Source of the DNA: Candidatus Omnitrophota bacterium
GTDB lineage: Bacteria > Omnitrophota > Gorgyraeia > Zapsychrales > Zapsychraceae
Direction: 5' to 3'
Assembly (NCBI GenBank): GCA_003528115.1
Contig: DOGZ01000023.1
Location: 24,231 to 88,230 of the forward strand
Length of the DNA stretch: 64,000 nucleotides
Under the pieces are notes generated by a model. The model saw only the letters and a program-made list of their open reading frames with translations. It did no database searches and was not told the DNA's origin. Both the position numbers and the translations under genes were made by a program. Below, in pieces: positions 39,941-49,578 of this stretch (within the stretch, counting starts at the first letter, position 1; each line of letters begins with the position of its first letter).

Positions 39941-40937
39941 AAAAATACTCGTCATCTCATTGTCGAACATCGGGGATGTGATTTTGACGTTTCCGGTTAT
40001 TGACATCTTAAAGACCGAGCTGCCTGCCGCCGCGTTGTCCCTGGTGATTGGGCCCAAGGCCCAGTCGCTGTTTAACGGCAATCCGTATCTGGATAAGGTT
40101 TATATTTATCATAAGAAACAATCTCCATTAGACATTTTGCCATGGATTTGGAAGTTACGAAAACAACGGTTTGATTTGGTTGTAGACCTGCGCAATACGG
40201 CCATCCCTTTGATGATCGCCCCCCAATTCAGGACTCCGTTATGGACGGCAAAGTCAGAAACGCTGCATATGAAGGAAAAGCATCTCAAAAGGCTGGGAAC
40301 GGTTTTTCCCAATACGTCGAGACTGGATCGATCGTATGCCTTGTTTATCCCTCCCATCGAGGTGCAATATGTCCGACGATTGATTGGTGATGAAATGGGG
40401 CATGACCAGAAATATGTTGTGGTGGCGCCGGGGGCGGCCGATCGGGCCAAGAGATGGATCGAAGAGGGGTTTGCCGAGGTCTGTGATCAGTTGGTCGGAT
40501 CGGAACATTTGAAGGTCGTGTTTGTGGGAGACGAGCAGGACCAAAAAGTCGCGGCAAGGATCGCCGAGAAAATGAGCGAGCCCTCGGTTAATTTATGCGG
40601 CCGGGTGAGCCTTATCCAGTTGGCCGAGGTGTTGAAACATTGTCATTTGGCGATCGGTAATGACAGCGCGCCGATGCATCTGGCCAGTTATCTGGATCGT
40701 CCTGTCCTGACGATTTTTGGCCCAACGGATCCGCGGAAATACGGCCCGTGGAGTACAAAGGCCGCCTTTATTCAGGGCCGGGCGGATTGCCGGGCCTGCC
40801 GGGATCCGGATCATATCAAAGATCATGATTGTATTCGCTCGGTGACTGGCTCCGATGTCCTCAAGGCCATCAAGTTCACTCCGGATGGTGTTGAATTTGT
40901 TAGTGGTATTCGAAAGAGCAATGAAGAAGAATTTTAA
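39906..40937 (+). CDS. GT9 heptosyltransferase-family glycosyltransferase
   Basis: 'ILVISLSNIGDVILTFPVIDILKTELPAAAL' and 'DSAPMHLASYLDRPVLTIFGPTD' signatures. Confidence 0.75.
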   Translation: MHVTPSDKSRIKKILVISLSNIGDVILTFPVIDILKTELPAAALSLVIGPKAQSLFNGNPYLDKVYIYHKKQSPLDILPWIWKLRKQRFDLVVDLRNTAIPLMIAPQFRTPLWTAKSETLHMKEKHLKRLGTVFPNTSRLDRSYALFIPPIEVQYVRRLIGDEMGHDQKYVVVAPGAADRAKRWIEEGFAEVCDQLVGSEHLKVVFVGDEQDQKVAARIAEKMSEPSVNLCGRVSLIQLAEVLKHCHLAIGNDSAPMHLASYLDRPVLTIFGPTDPRKYGPWSTKAAFIQGRADCRACRDPDHIKDHDCIRSVTGSDVLKAIKFTPDGVEFVSGIRKSNEEEF

Positions 40938-41985
40938 AAATATTCTTATCGTCCGAACCGATCGCATCGGCGATGTTATCCTGACAACCCCGTCGATCGC
41001 CGCTTTACGCAAGGCCTATCCCGAGGCCAGGATCTCGGTGCTGGTCTCGCCGGGCACGCGGGATCTTATCGCCGGTAACCCCTATATTGATGAAGTCCTG
41101 GTCGATGACGGGAAAAAGGCTCATCGGGGGTTGTCTGGTTTTTTAAGATTAGTTACTGCATTGAAAAAAAAACATTTTGATCTGGCGGTCGTGTTTCATA
41201 CCAAGAAAAGGACAAATTTGTTGTGCGTTCTTGCGGGCATTCCTTACAGGCTCGGTTACAAGAATGACAAGTTGGGATTTTTCCTGACGCATCCCGTGGA
41301 AGATACCCGTCATCGAGGTGAAAAACATGAGGCGCAATACTGCCTGGACCTGCTGAATCATTTGGGGATAGAGGCTGAAGAGATCGAGGTACATATTTCT
41401 CTTCAGAAAGAATCAGAGGCGTGGGCGCGTCAATGGCTTTCCCAAAACCATGTCGCCGCGGACGACCGTCTTGTGGCGGTTCATCCCGGGGCCAGTGATC
41501 CTTCCAAGCGATGGCCGGAGGCTTGTTTCGCGGATTTGATTGGACGGCTTTTGGAGCGGTATCACGGAAAAGTTGTCCTGATTGGCGACACCCAAATTCA
41601 TGAAACGGCCGGCAAGATTCTCGCTAAAATTCCTGGGGTAAGCATGGGGCATCCGGGAAGGGTGTTCGATCTTACCGGTCAAACTTCGGTGAGTCAGTTG
41701 GCCAGTTTGTTGAAACGGTGTAACCTTTTGATTTCCAATGATTCAGGCCCGGTTCATGTCGCGGCCGGGGTGGGGACAGCCGTGGTCTCGATCTTCACCC
41801 GCAATCAAGCCGGGATCAATCCAGAACGATGGAGGCCTTTAGGGAAGAAAACCCGGGTGATCAGCGCGCCTTATAATGATAAAGTCTCTTTTGCCAAGGC
41901 CGGAAACGCTCCTTCTCATGATTCGGAAATGATTACGACCGAACAGGTTTTAGAAGCTGTTGACGCCCTATTTAAACTATGCTAG
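40921..41985 (+). CDS. GT9 heptosyltransferase-family glycosyltransferase
   Basis: 'ILIVRTDRIGDVILTTPSIAALRKAYPEARI' and 'DSGPVHVAAGVGTAVVSIF'. Start moved to MKKNF at 40921, overlapping the upstream gene by 17 nt. Confidence 0.75.
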   Translation: MKKNFKNILIVRTDRIGDVILTTPSIAALRKAYPEARISVLVSPGTRDLIAGNPYIDEVLVDDGKKAHRGLSGFLRLVTALKKKHFDLAVVFHTKKRTNLLCVLAGIPYRLGYKNDKLGFFLTHPVEDTRHRGEKHEAQYCLDLLNHLGIEAEEIEVHISLQKESEAWARQWLSQNHVAADDRLVAVHPGASDPSKRWPEACFADLIGRLLERYHGKVVLIGDTQIHETAGKILAKIPGVSMGHPGRVFDLTGQTSVSQLASLLKRCNLLISNDSGPVHVAAGVGTAVVSIFTRNQAGINPERWRPLGKKTRVISAPYNDKVSFAKAGNAPSHDSEMITTEQVLEAVDALFKLC

Positions 41986-42185
41986 AATCGGGCGCTTTTG
42001 TCAGGCCATTTTGCCATTCCTTCGATAATTATAAGGATTTTTTCGTTTGGCGATCTGCCTTGCCACAACATCCGGCGATCGCTCTAGGTGCGTACACCGT
42101 ACGTCTCGCGGAGTTTATCCCGGGACTCCCCGGGTTGCTGCGCGCGCCTCATCTAAACGGGAAAATCCTGTAAGGGATAAATGAG

Positions 42186-43217
42186 ATGAATCCATATACG
42201 AAGATTATTTCCAGGTTTTGTAAGAAGAAAATTCTTGTCGTAGGGGATGTTATTTTGGATCAATATATTCAGGGAAGCGTCTCGCGCATATCTCCCGAGG
42301 CGCCGGTCCCGATTGTTTTGGAAGAAAGGTTTTTTTACACACCCGGCGGAGCCGCGAATGTGGCCGGCAATTTACATTGTTTGGGGGCCGAGGTATCTCT
42401 GGTCGGGAGGATCGGGCATGATGCGCAAGGAGAAATTTTTAAGAAAGAATTAAAAAAGAACGCGATCAGCACCAGCGGTATCTTTGTCGATAAAAAACTG
42501 CCGACTATCACCAAGACCCGGGTCATCGCCCATCATCAACAGATCGTCCGGATCGACCGGGAAAAGAGTCATCTCGATGGGGATCCGTCGGTTAGACATA
42601 AAATCTTTCATTTTATCCAAAAGCATATGGAGGCGTTTGACGCGGTGATCCTTTCCGATTACGGCAAGGGACTGATCACGGCTGACCTGGTGCGTTTCGT
42701 TGTCAACTTGGCCCTGGAACAGAAGAAGATCATCGCCGTCGATCCCAAGGTCGAACATTTTAATTACTATCAAAAAGTGACAGCCATAACCCCGAATCTT
42801 AAAGAAACAGAAAACGCTATTCGTAATATCAAGATTACTTCCCGCAGCGGGTCTAAACTGGCTATTCATAGCGATAAGCTTCAAAGCGATGAGGACATCG
42901 ATTTGGCTGGAGAGGAATTGCTGAAGTTTCTGGAGCTGGAATCCCTGTTGATAACCTTAGGGGAGCGCGGCATGCGGCTTTTTGAGAAGGGGAAAAAGAA
43001 ATCTGTTTCTATCAACACCAAGGCGCGGGAGGTTTATGATGTCTCCGGCGCCGGGGACACCGTCATCGCGGTATTTACTTTAAGCCTGGCCGCCGGCGCC
43101 ACAAAACACCAGGCGGCAGATCTAGCTAACTTCGCGGCCGGGATTGTTGTTGGGAAACTTGGCGCTGTGGCCGTGACTAAGCCGGAACTTTTGGATGCCG
43201 TGAAGGATGGCGTATGA
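42186..43217 (+). CDS. hldE: D-glycero-beta-D-manno-heptose-7-phosphate kinase (HldE domain I / RfaE1, PfkB family), stand-alone
   Basis: 'ILVVGDVILDQYIQGSVSRISPEAPVPIV' and C-terminal 'DVSGAGDTVIAVF' (PfkB motif). 343 aa, with no adenylyltransferase domain. Confidence 0.75.
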   Translation: MNPYTKIISRFCKKKILVVGDVILDQYIQGSVSRISPEAPVPIVLEERFFYTPGGAANVAGNLHCLGAEVSLVGRIGHDAQGEIFKKELKKNAISTSGIFVDKKLPTITKTRVIAHHQQIVRIDREKSHLDGDPSVRHKIFHFIQKHMEAFDAVILSDYGKGLITADLVRFVVNLALEQKKIIAVDPKVEHFNYYQKVTAITPNLKETENAIRNIKITSRSGSKLAIHSDKLQSDEDIDLAGEELLKFLELESLLITLGERGMRLFEKGKKKSVSINTKAREVYDVSGAGDTVIAVFTLSLAAGATKHQAADLANFAAGIVVGKLGAVAVTKPELLDAVKDGV

Positions 43218-43957
43218 AGGTCATTGGTGTGATTCCGGCGCGATGGGGTTCAACCCGCTTTGAAGGCAAGGTGCTTGCCAAGATTTCAGGTAAACCCATG
43301 ATCCAGCATGTCTGGGAGCGCGCCGGCCAAAGCCGTCGGCTGGATGAACTGATCATTGCCTGCGACGATAAGAGGGTCTTGGAAGCAGCCCAACAATTTG
43401 GGGCCACGGCTGTTTTGACATCCCCGGATCATCCGTCAGGTTCTGACAGGATTGCCGAGGCGGTGGCGCAGAGGGATGTCGATATCGTGATTAATATCCA
43501 GGGAGATGAACCCCTGATTCAATCGTCGGTCATTGATGACTTGGCCCGGGCGTTGCTGGAGGATCCGTCTTGTGTGATGGCCACGGCGATTAAGGTGCTT
43601 GATAAGAAAGAAGAATTGTTGAGCCCCAACGTGGTCAAGGTGGTGGTGGATAAAGACAATAATGCCTTGTATTTCTCGAGGTCTGTGATCCCGTATAACC
43701 GCGATGATCAAACCATAACGTATTATAAGCATCTGGGGATTTACGCGTATCGCAAAGATTTTCTTTTTACCTTCAAGGAGCTGCCGAAGTCTCTTCTTGA
43801 AAAGGCCGAGAAACTGGAACAGCTCAGGGTCCTGGAATCCGGTTTTAAGATCAAAACCGTTGTGACGGATATTGAGACCGTCGGGGTCGATACGCCGGAG
43901 GATTTGGCGTGTGTGGAGTGGTTATTGAAGGATAGAGAACAAAAGTTAAAAGAATAG
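43214..43957 (+). CDS. kdsB: 3-deoxy-manno-octulosonate cytidylyltransferase (CMP-Kdo synthetase)
   Basis: 'VIGVIPARWGSTRFEGKVLAKISGKPMIQHV' signature. Confidence 0.85.
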   Translation: MKVIGVIPARWGSTRFEGKVLAKISGKPMIQHVWERAGQSRRLDELIIACDDKRVLEAAQQFGATAVLTSPDHPSGSDRIAEAVAQRDVDIVINIQGDEPLIQSSVIDDLARALLEDPSCVMATAIKVLDKKEELLSPNVVKVVVDKDNNALYFSRSVIPYNRDDQTITYYKHLGIYAYRKDFLFTFKELPKSLLEKAEKLEQLRVLESGFKIKTVVTDIETVGVDTPEDLACVEWLLKDREQKLKE

Positions 43958-43968
43958 GACTTTGAATC

Positions 43969-44799
43969 ATGGTGAAGGTAAAGACAGTCCAAGTTAACGG
44001 TATTCAATTCGGCGGCGGACAGCCGTTTGTTCTCATCGCGGGTCCGTGTGTCATTGAGAGCAAGGCGATGACTTTAAAGATTGCCGCCTCCTTGAAGGCC
44101 ATAACCGAGAAGGTCAACGTCCCTTTTATTTTTAAAGCCAGTTATGATAAGGCCAACCGGACCTCTGTTACGTCATTCCGCGGGCCAGGGTTATCCAAGG
44201 GATTAGAAGTTTTGCGGGAGGTCAAAGAACGGTTGAAAATCCCTGTCTTGAGTGATGTGCATGGCGTTGAAGAGGTGGCGCCGGCGGCCAGGGTATTGGA
44301 TATCCTTCAAATTCCCGCTTTCTTGTGCCGTCAGACAGATCTTCTGCTTGAGACGGGAAAGAGCGGAAAAGTCGTCAATATCAAAAAAGGTCAATTCCTG
44401 GCGCCGTGGGACATGTCCCAGGCTGTTAGGAAAATTGAATCGACGGGCAACAGGCAAATCCTTTTGACGGAAAGGGGCGTCAGTTTTGGATATAACAATT
44501 TGGTCACTGATTTTCGATCCCTGGCCATCTTGCGGCAGACGGGATATCCCGTGGTCTATGACGTTACCCACAGTGTGCAACAGCCCGGCGGTCTGGGGAC
44601 AGCTTCCGGCGGTCAAAGTGAATATATTCCTTTGTTATCCCGCTGCGCCGTGGCGGCCGGTTGTGACGCGATTTTTATGGAAGTGCACATCAATCCGAAA
44701 AAGGCGCTCTCGGACGGGCCGAATATGCTGGCGTTAAGGCAACTTGAGAAGCTTCTTTTGAATTTGAAAGCCATTGATGCCGTGGTGAAGAAGATATGA
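43969..44799 (+). CDS. kdsA: 2-dehydro-3-deoxyphosphooctonate aldolase (Kdo8P synthase)
   Basis: 'FVLIAGPCVIES' and DAHP/Kdo8P synthase fold; 276 aa. Confidence 0.85.
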   Translation: MVKVKTVQVNGIQFGGGQPFVLIAGPCVIESKAMTLKIAASLKAITEKVNVPFIFKASYDKANRTSVTSFRGPGLSKGLEVLREVKERLKIPVLSDVHGVEEVAPAARVLDILQIPAFLCRQTDLLLETGKSGKVVNIKKGQFLAPWDMSQAVRKIESTGNRQILLTERGVSFGYNNLVTDFRSLAILRQTGYPVVYDVTHSVQQPGGLGTASGGQSEYIPLLSRCAVAAGCDAIFMEVHINPKKALSDGPNMLALRQLEKLLLNLKAIDAVVKKI

Positions 44800-45755
44800 C
44801 GCTGAATAAAGCCAAAGAAATCATTTTAATTGAATCCCAAGCATTAAAAGATTTAGCTCTGAGAATCGATGATAATTTCTTAAAGGCGATAGAGTTGATT
44901 TTAAAATGCAAGGGCCGTGTGATTGTCAGTGGCATGGGCAAGACCGGTATTATCGGACGCAAGATCGCTTCGACTTTTTCCTCAACGGGAACGCCAAGCA
45001 TCTGGATGCACAGCGCTGAGGCCGTTCATGGGGACTTGGGACAGGTGACGAAACAGGATGTCTTGATTCTGATCTCGAACAGCGGGGAAACGGAAGAAAC
45101 AAAGCGTCTCCTCCCGCTGATCAAGAAAGTCAGGGTCAAAATTATAGCCATGACAGGCAACAGGAACTCGACGTTGGCCCAGGTCAGTGATGTTGTTTTA
45201 GATGTCTCGGTCAAAAAAGAAGGCTGTCCGTTGGGCCTGGCGCCTATGGCGTCAACCACGACAACGCTTGTGATGGGCGACGCGTTGGCGGCGTGTTTGA
45301 TTATTCGAAAAGGATTTAAAAAGGAAGATTTCGCGTTTTATCATCCCGGCGGGTCTTTAGGCCGGCAACTCCTTTTAACGGTGGAAGACATCATGCGCAA
45401 GGGGCCGCGTTTTGCTAGAGTCCAGGAACATGTCAAAGTGAAGGATGTCCTTTTGCATATCACGCGGTCGCGCTGCGGTTCAGCGTGTGTTTTAGACAAA
45501 CGGGAAAAATGTATCGGTATCTTTACGGACGGGGATCTGCGCCGTCATATCGAATCCGATGACCGCCTCCTGGATCGCGCGGTCAAAGAAGTCATGACGA
45601 GGAATCCCACAACGATTTCTAAAGACAAACTGGCGGTCGAGGCGTTAAGAATTTTGCAAGAGAAAAAGATTGATGAGTTGCCGGTGGTGGACAAGAGAAA
45701 CAGGCTCGTTGGGCTCTTAGACGTCCAGGATCTTTTGAAAGCGGGTTTGGTGTGA
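44796..45755 (+). CDS. kdsD: Arabinose-5-phosphate isomerase (SIS plus tandem CBS)
   Basis: 'RVIVSGMGKTGIIGRKIASTFSSTGTPSIWMHSAEAVHGDLG' SIS domain and a C-terminal CBS pair. Confidence 0.8.
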   Translation: MTLNKAKEIILIESQALKDLALRIDDNFLKAIELILKCKGRVIVSGMGKTGIIGRKIASTFSSTGTPSIWMHSAEAVHGDLGQVTKQDVLILISNSGETEETKRLLPLIKKVRVKIIAMTGNRNSTLAQVSDVVLDVSVKKEGCPLGLAPMASTTTTLVMGDALAACLIIRKGFKKEDFAFYHPGGSLGRQLLLTVEDIMRKGPRFARVQEHVKVKDVLLHITRSRCGSACVLDKREKCIGIFTDGDLRRHIESDDRLLDRAVKEVMTRNPTTISKDKLAVEALRILQEKKIDELPVVDKRNRLVGLLDVQDLLKAGLV

Positions 45756-46276
45756 AAATTTCTGATTTGAAAAACAAAATAAAGAATATAAAATTGATTG
45801 TCCTTGATGTGGATGGGGTTTTGACGAATGGAAAGATTAATATGGATTCCAAGGGGGAAGAAATTAAAGTTTTTGATGTGCAGGACGGTTATGGATTAGT
45901 CCTTTTTAAAAAGGCGGGTTTTAAAACGGCAATCCTTTCGGCGCGTTCAGCCGCGGCGGTAACCGCCCGGGCGCATGATCTAAAAATTGACAAAGTCTAC
46001 CAGGATGCCTATCCTAAAATAAATGCGTATAACTGTCTGTTGCGGGATTTTCAACTGACGGATGAGGAAGTTTGTTTTATAGGAGATGATCTGCCTGATT
46101 TGGCGGTTCTCAGGAGAGTGGGGCTGGCCGTGGGGGTCCCCAACGCGGTTAAGGAAGTGCATGAAGTGGCGCATTATGTGACTCAAAACGCGGGAGGCGC
46201 GGGGGCGGTCAGGGAAGTTGTCGAATTAATTTTAAAGACGCAGGGGAAATGGGAGGAGATCCTTCAATCGCTATGA
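45752..46276 (+). CDS. kdsC: Kdo8P phosphatase (HAD family)
   Basis: 'LIVLDVDGVLTNGKI' HAD motif I; 174 aa. Confidence 0.8.
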   Translation: MKISDLKNKIKNIKLIVLDVDGVLTNGKINMDSKGEEIKVFDVQDGYGLVLFKKAGFKTAILSARSAAAVTARAHDLKIDKVYQDAYPKINAYNCLLRDFQLTDEEVCFIGDDLPDLAVLRRVGLAVGVPNAVKEVHEVAHYVTQNAGGAGAVREVVELILKTQGKWEEILQSL

Positions 46277-47121
46277 GAAATATTTTTTGGTATTCAATGA
46301 GAATAGGGGTTTTGACAGGAGTATTGGCGGCCGTCGGGGCCGTTTCGGTTCACGCCGCGGATGATGAGCTTCAGCAGAAATTCCAAGGGTTCAATCTCCA
46401 GGGTTACGCCGACAACGGAGATAAGGCCTGGGATGTGAAAGGGGACACGGCGGATGTCAAGGGCAGCGAGATTGAAATCACCAATGTGGTGGCCAACAGC
46501 TACGGCGAACAGAAAGTAAACGTCACTGCTGAAAAAGGCGTCATCGATCAGGCCAGTGGGAATATGCAACTTAATAAAGATGTGGTCATTACAAGCGAGC
46601 AAGGGGCGCAAATTTTAACGGATTCATTGCAGTGGAGCCGAAACGATGATCTGGTTACGACGGAAGATAACGTGACGATCACGGACGACAATTTTTCTGT
46701 GCGGGGCAAAGGGATGGAGGCGCGGCCGGGATTAAAGAACGCCAAAATTCATGAGGATGTGACGGTCATGGTGGATACGGAACCTGAAAAGGAGCTGAAT
46801 AAAATCCTGACGATTACGTCGGACGGGCCCATGGTGATGGATCAGGCCAAAGGTTTCGCGATGTTTCAGGATAATGTGGTGGCCGTTCAGGAAGACCAGA
46901 CGCTCAAGGCCGATAAAATGGAGATTTTTTTTGATTTGGAGAACAATAAAATTAAAGAGCTTGTCTGCAGCGGTCACGTGATGGTGGAAAAAGGAGAAAA
47001 CAGGACGTATGCGGAGAAGGCTGTCTACAATGCCGTCAATCAAAAAATCACGCTTTCAGGCCGGCCTAAATTGATCATGTTGACAGAGGGAAAAGATGCC
47101 ATTACATCTCTTGGAAACTAA
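46249..47121 (+). CDS. LPS-transport periplasmic protein with two tandem OstA-like beta-jellyroll modules (LptC-like followed by LptA-like)
   Basis: N-terminal hydrophobic anchor or signal 'MRIGVLTGVLAAVGAVSVHA'. The first module ends near '...SLQWSRNDDLVTTEDNVTITDDNF'; the second is '...ADKMEIFFDLENNKIKELVCSGHVMVEKGENRTYAEKAVYNAVNQKITLSGRPKL'. Sits between kdsC and lptB as in the E. coli yrb cluster. Confidence 0.6.
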   Translation: MGGDPSIAMRNIFWYSMRIGVLTGVLAAVGAVSVHAADDELQQKFQGFNLQGYADNGDKAWDVKGDTADVKGSEIEITNVVANSYGEQKVNVTAEKGVIDQASGNMQLNKDVVITSEQGAQILTDSLQWSRNDDLVTTEDNVTITDDNFSVRGKGMEARPGLKNAKIHEDVTVMVDTEPEKELNKILTITSDGPMVMDQAKGFAMFQDNVVAVQEDQTLKADKMEIFFDLENNKIKELVCSGHVMVEKGENRTYAEKAVYNAVNQKITLSGRPKLIMLTEGKDAITSLGN

Positions 47122-47824
47122 AAATTTAGTCAAGACGTACGGCAGCCGGACGATTGTGGATAATCTGAGCATCACCGTCGGACGTTCGGAAATTGTCGGG
47201 CTGTTGGGACCCAACGGGGCCGGCAAGACCACCACGTTTTATATGGCGGTCGGTATTGTGAAACCTAATGAGGGACAAATCTTTTTTGATCACGAAGATA
47301 TTACAAGGAAATCGATTCATGAACGCAGCCGTTTAGGGATGGGTTATCTGGCGCAAGAATCGTCCATTTTTCGTAAGCTGACGGTCGAAGAAAATATCAT
47401 GGCCATTTTGGAGACGCTTCCGATCAGTCTCAGTGAGAGGAAGAGAAGGCTGGAATCTTTACTGGAAGAACTGAACATCGCCCATCTGGCCAAAAGTAAG
47501 GCGTACACTTTGTCCGGCGGGGAACGGCGTCGTCTGGAGATCACCCGGGCGTTGGTCACTAATCCGTCTTTTTTATTGTTGGACGAACCCTTCTCAGGGA
47601 TCGATCCTATTGTCGTCGCCGAGGCCCAGGAAATTATCCGCGATTTGAAAGCGAGAGGGTTAGGGATACTTTTGACGGATCATAATGTCCGGGAAACCCT
47701 TTCGATCACGGACCGGTCCTATTTGATTGCCAACGGCAGGATCCTGATCTCCGGGACGGCGGAGGATTTGATCAACGATCCTGAAGCCAGAAAGATTTAT
47801 TTAGGCGAGAAATTTAAAATGTAG
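47096..47824 (+). CDS. lptB: LPS export ABC transporter ATP-binding protein
   Basis: Walker A 'GPNGAGKTT', signature 'LSGGERRRLEITRAL'; 242 aa. Confidence 0.85.
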   Translation: MPLHLLETKNLVKTYGSRTIVDNLSITVGRSEIVGLLGPNGAGKTTTFYMAVGIVKPNEGQIFFDHEDITRKSIHERSRLGMGYLAQESSIFRKLTVEENIMAILETLPISLSERKRRLESLLEELNIAHLAKSKAYTLSGGERRRLEITRALVTNPSFLLLDEPFSGIDPIVVAEAQEIIRDLKARGLGILLTDHNVRETLSITDRSYLIANGRILISGTAEDLINDPEARKIYLGEKFKM

Positions 47825-47846
47825 ACTCAGGGTTAAAGGAAGGCGG

Positions 47847-47875
47847 GACTTACGGAACGGGTGTGAACGTAAGTC
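47847..47875 (+). terminator. Hairpin GACTTACG-(13 nt)-CGTAAGTC, 23 nt after the lptB stop. Weak terminator candidate (no U-tract).
   Basis: Perfect 8-bp inverted repeat read from the sequence. Confidence 0.3.
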
Positions 47876-48003
47876 TTCAGGCTTAAGCATCCCTTGCCGG
47901 AAGGCGCCGAGGCATCCCGCCGAGGCATTAAGGGAATTCAGTCAATTCGGCTTATGTTCACAGATGTTCCATGAGTCATGTTGAGGAGGTTAGACAAGAA
48001 AGA

Positions 48004-48891
48004 ATGAAAGTAGAAGTCAAGAAAGTTGATCCTGTTAAAAGAGAATTAAGATTCGAAATTCCCAAAGAGCGCGTTTCACAAAAAATGGAAGAGGTTTATA
48101 AGAATCTGGAGAAAGTGGCCAAGGTCAAAGGCTTTCGTCCCGGTAAAGTCCCTCGTCATATTTTGGTTTCTCAGTATGGCGGGATCGCCCAGCAAGAGAC
48201 CATGAAGGATTTGATCCCGGAGGTTTATGAGGAAGGGATTAAGCGGGAAAATATAGCTCCGATTGATCTTCCCGAAATATTGGACGTAAATTTTAAAGAC
48301 GGCGCGCTGACTTTCACGGCAAAATTGGATATCAAACCCGAAGTCGTTGTTAAAGATTATAAAGAAATAAAGGTTAAAAGAAAAAGTTCTCAGGTCACGG
48401 AAGAAGAAATAAACAAGGTCTTGGAATATTATAAAAAGGGCCAGGGCAAAGAGGAGCAGGTGGTTCTCGATGACAATTTCGCCAGAGGGCTGGGCTATCC
48501 CAATCTGGAAGAATTCAAGAAAACACTCGTCCGCCAAATGGAGATGGATAAGGACCGGCAGAACCGTGCGGATATTGAGAATCAGGTTACGGAATATCTT
48601 TTGAGTAAGTCTAAGTTGGTCGTGCCCCAGAGTGTCATTAAGAAACAGCTTGAGCGACGGATCGCTGAGACCAAACAGAGGCTGAAATCCCATGGCATGA
48701 GTGAAGAAGATATTAAGAAGAATGAGGAACAGATCCACAAGGACCTCGAGCAGGCGGTTGAACGGGATGTCAAGGCGTATTTCATTCTCGATAAAATCGC
48801 TCATATGGAAAAGATTGAAGCCAAAGAAAATGAGAATCTGCCGTCTAAAGTGATGGAGTTCCTTTTAAGAGAAGCCAAGTGGATTGAGTGA
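48004..48891 (+). CDS. tig: Trigger factor lacking the central PPIase (FKBP) domain
   Basis: N-domain 'VKGFRPGKVPRHILVSQYGGIAQQETMKDLIPEVYEEGIKRENIAPIDLPEI' parallels the E. coli TF ribosome-binding domain (GFRKGKVP motif). The C-terminal chaperone-arm-like region follows directly. Only about 296 aa, compared with about 430. Immediately upstream of clpP. Confidence 0.7.
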   Translation: MKVEVKKVDPVKRELRFEIPKERVSQKMEEVYKNLEKVAKVKGFRPGKVPRHILVSQYGGIAQQETMKDLIPEVYEEGIKRENIAPIDLPEILDVNFKDGALTFTAKLDIKPEVVVKDYKEIKVKRKSSQVTEEEINKVLEYYKKGQGKEEQVVLDDNFARGLGYPNLEEFKKTLVRQMEMDKDRQNRADIENQVTEYLLSKSKLVVPQSVIKKQLERRIAETKQRLKSHGMSEEDIKKNEEQIHKDLEQAVERDVKAYFILDKIAHMEKIEAKENENLPSKVMEFLLREAKWIE

Positions 48892-48975
48892 TGGTGTAAG
48901 ATTCTTAATAGGGAAAAGCCATTTTGGATAATGTTAACCTGTTGAAGCAAACTCAGTTGAAGGAGGCAAAAGGAT

Positions 48976-49578
48976 ATGGAACCTAAATCCCAACTTTTAG
49001 TTCCCATGGTCGTTGAAAAAACAGGGCAGGGTGAACGCGCTTATGATATTTATTCGCGGTTGCTGAAAGACCGTATTATTTTTATCGGGACGGCTATTGA
49101 TGACAATGTGGCGAATCTGATTATCGCGCAGTTGTTATTCTTACAGAGTGAAGACGCTACCAAAGACATCAATATTTACATTAACTCGCCGGGAGGATCC
49201 GTGACGGCGGGGCTGGCCATTTACGACACGATGCAGTTTGTCAAACCGGATGTTTGTACGTATTGCCTCGGGCAGGCCGCCAGTATGGGATCCCTTTTGT
49301 TGACCGCCGGGGCCAAAGGAAAGAGGTTCGCTTTGCCGTATTCACGCATTATGATCCACCAGCCGTGGGGGGGGATGCAGGGAACCGCCAGTGACATCTC
49401 CATTCATGCCAAGGAAATCCTCCGCATGAAAGATGAGTTGAACCGTTTGTTGGCCCGTCATTCAGGGAAGCCGGTGGAGAGAATCGAGAAAGATTCTGAC
49501 CGGGATTATTTCATGTCGGCCCATGAGGCGAAGGACTACGGTTTGATTGATGAGGTGATTTCGAACCCGAAGAAGTAA
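48976..49578 (+). CDS. clpP: ATP-dependent Clp protease proteolytic subunit
   Basis: '[27 protein letters not shown]' and the Ser-His-Asp triad context ('[11 protein letters not shown]', 'IMIHQP'). Confidence 0.9.
   Translation: MEPKSQLLVPMVVEKTGQGERAYDIYSRLLKDRIIFIGTAIDDNVANLIIAQLLFLQSEDATKDINIYINSPGGSVTAGLAIYDTMQFVKPDVCTYCLGQAASMGSLLLTAGAKGKRFALPYSRIMIHQPWGGMQGTASDISIHAKEILRMKDELNRLLARHSGKPVERIEKDSDRDYFMSAHEAKDYGLIDEVISNPKK

Noticed and set aside
41979-42173. 64-aa ORF in the 200-nt GT9-hldE intergenic region
   Set aside because: There is no recognisable motif or RBS. The region more likely holds the hldE-kds operon promoter, and the ORF is left as unsupported.
42186-43217. HldE kinase domain without the adenylyltransferase domain, considered as evidence for an unusual heptose pathway
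   Set aside because: Split hldA/hldC genes are common. The adenylyltransferase, gmhA and gmhB may simply lie outside the window. The NTP_transferase at 15228-16019 is not syntenic, so no claim is made.
48076-48804. 242-aa minus-strand ORF, and others like it (16511-17065, 25941-26612, 56936-57529, 17740-18153), lying antisense within tig, metK, topA, cdsA and ahcY
   Set aside because: They are fully embedded antisense to strongly supported conserved genes and have low-complexity or odd composition. They are typical shadow ORFs, not genes.
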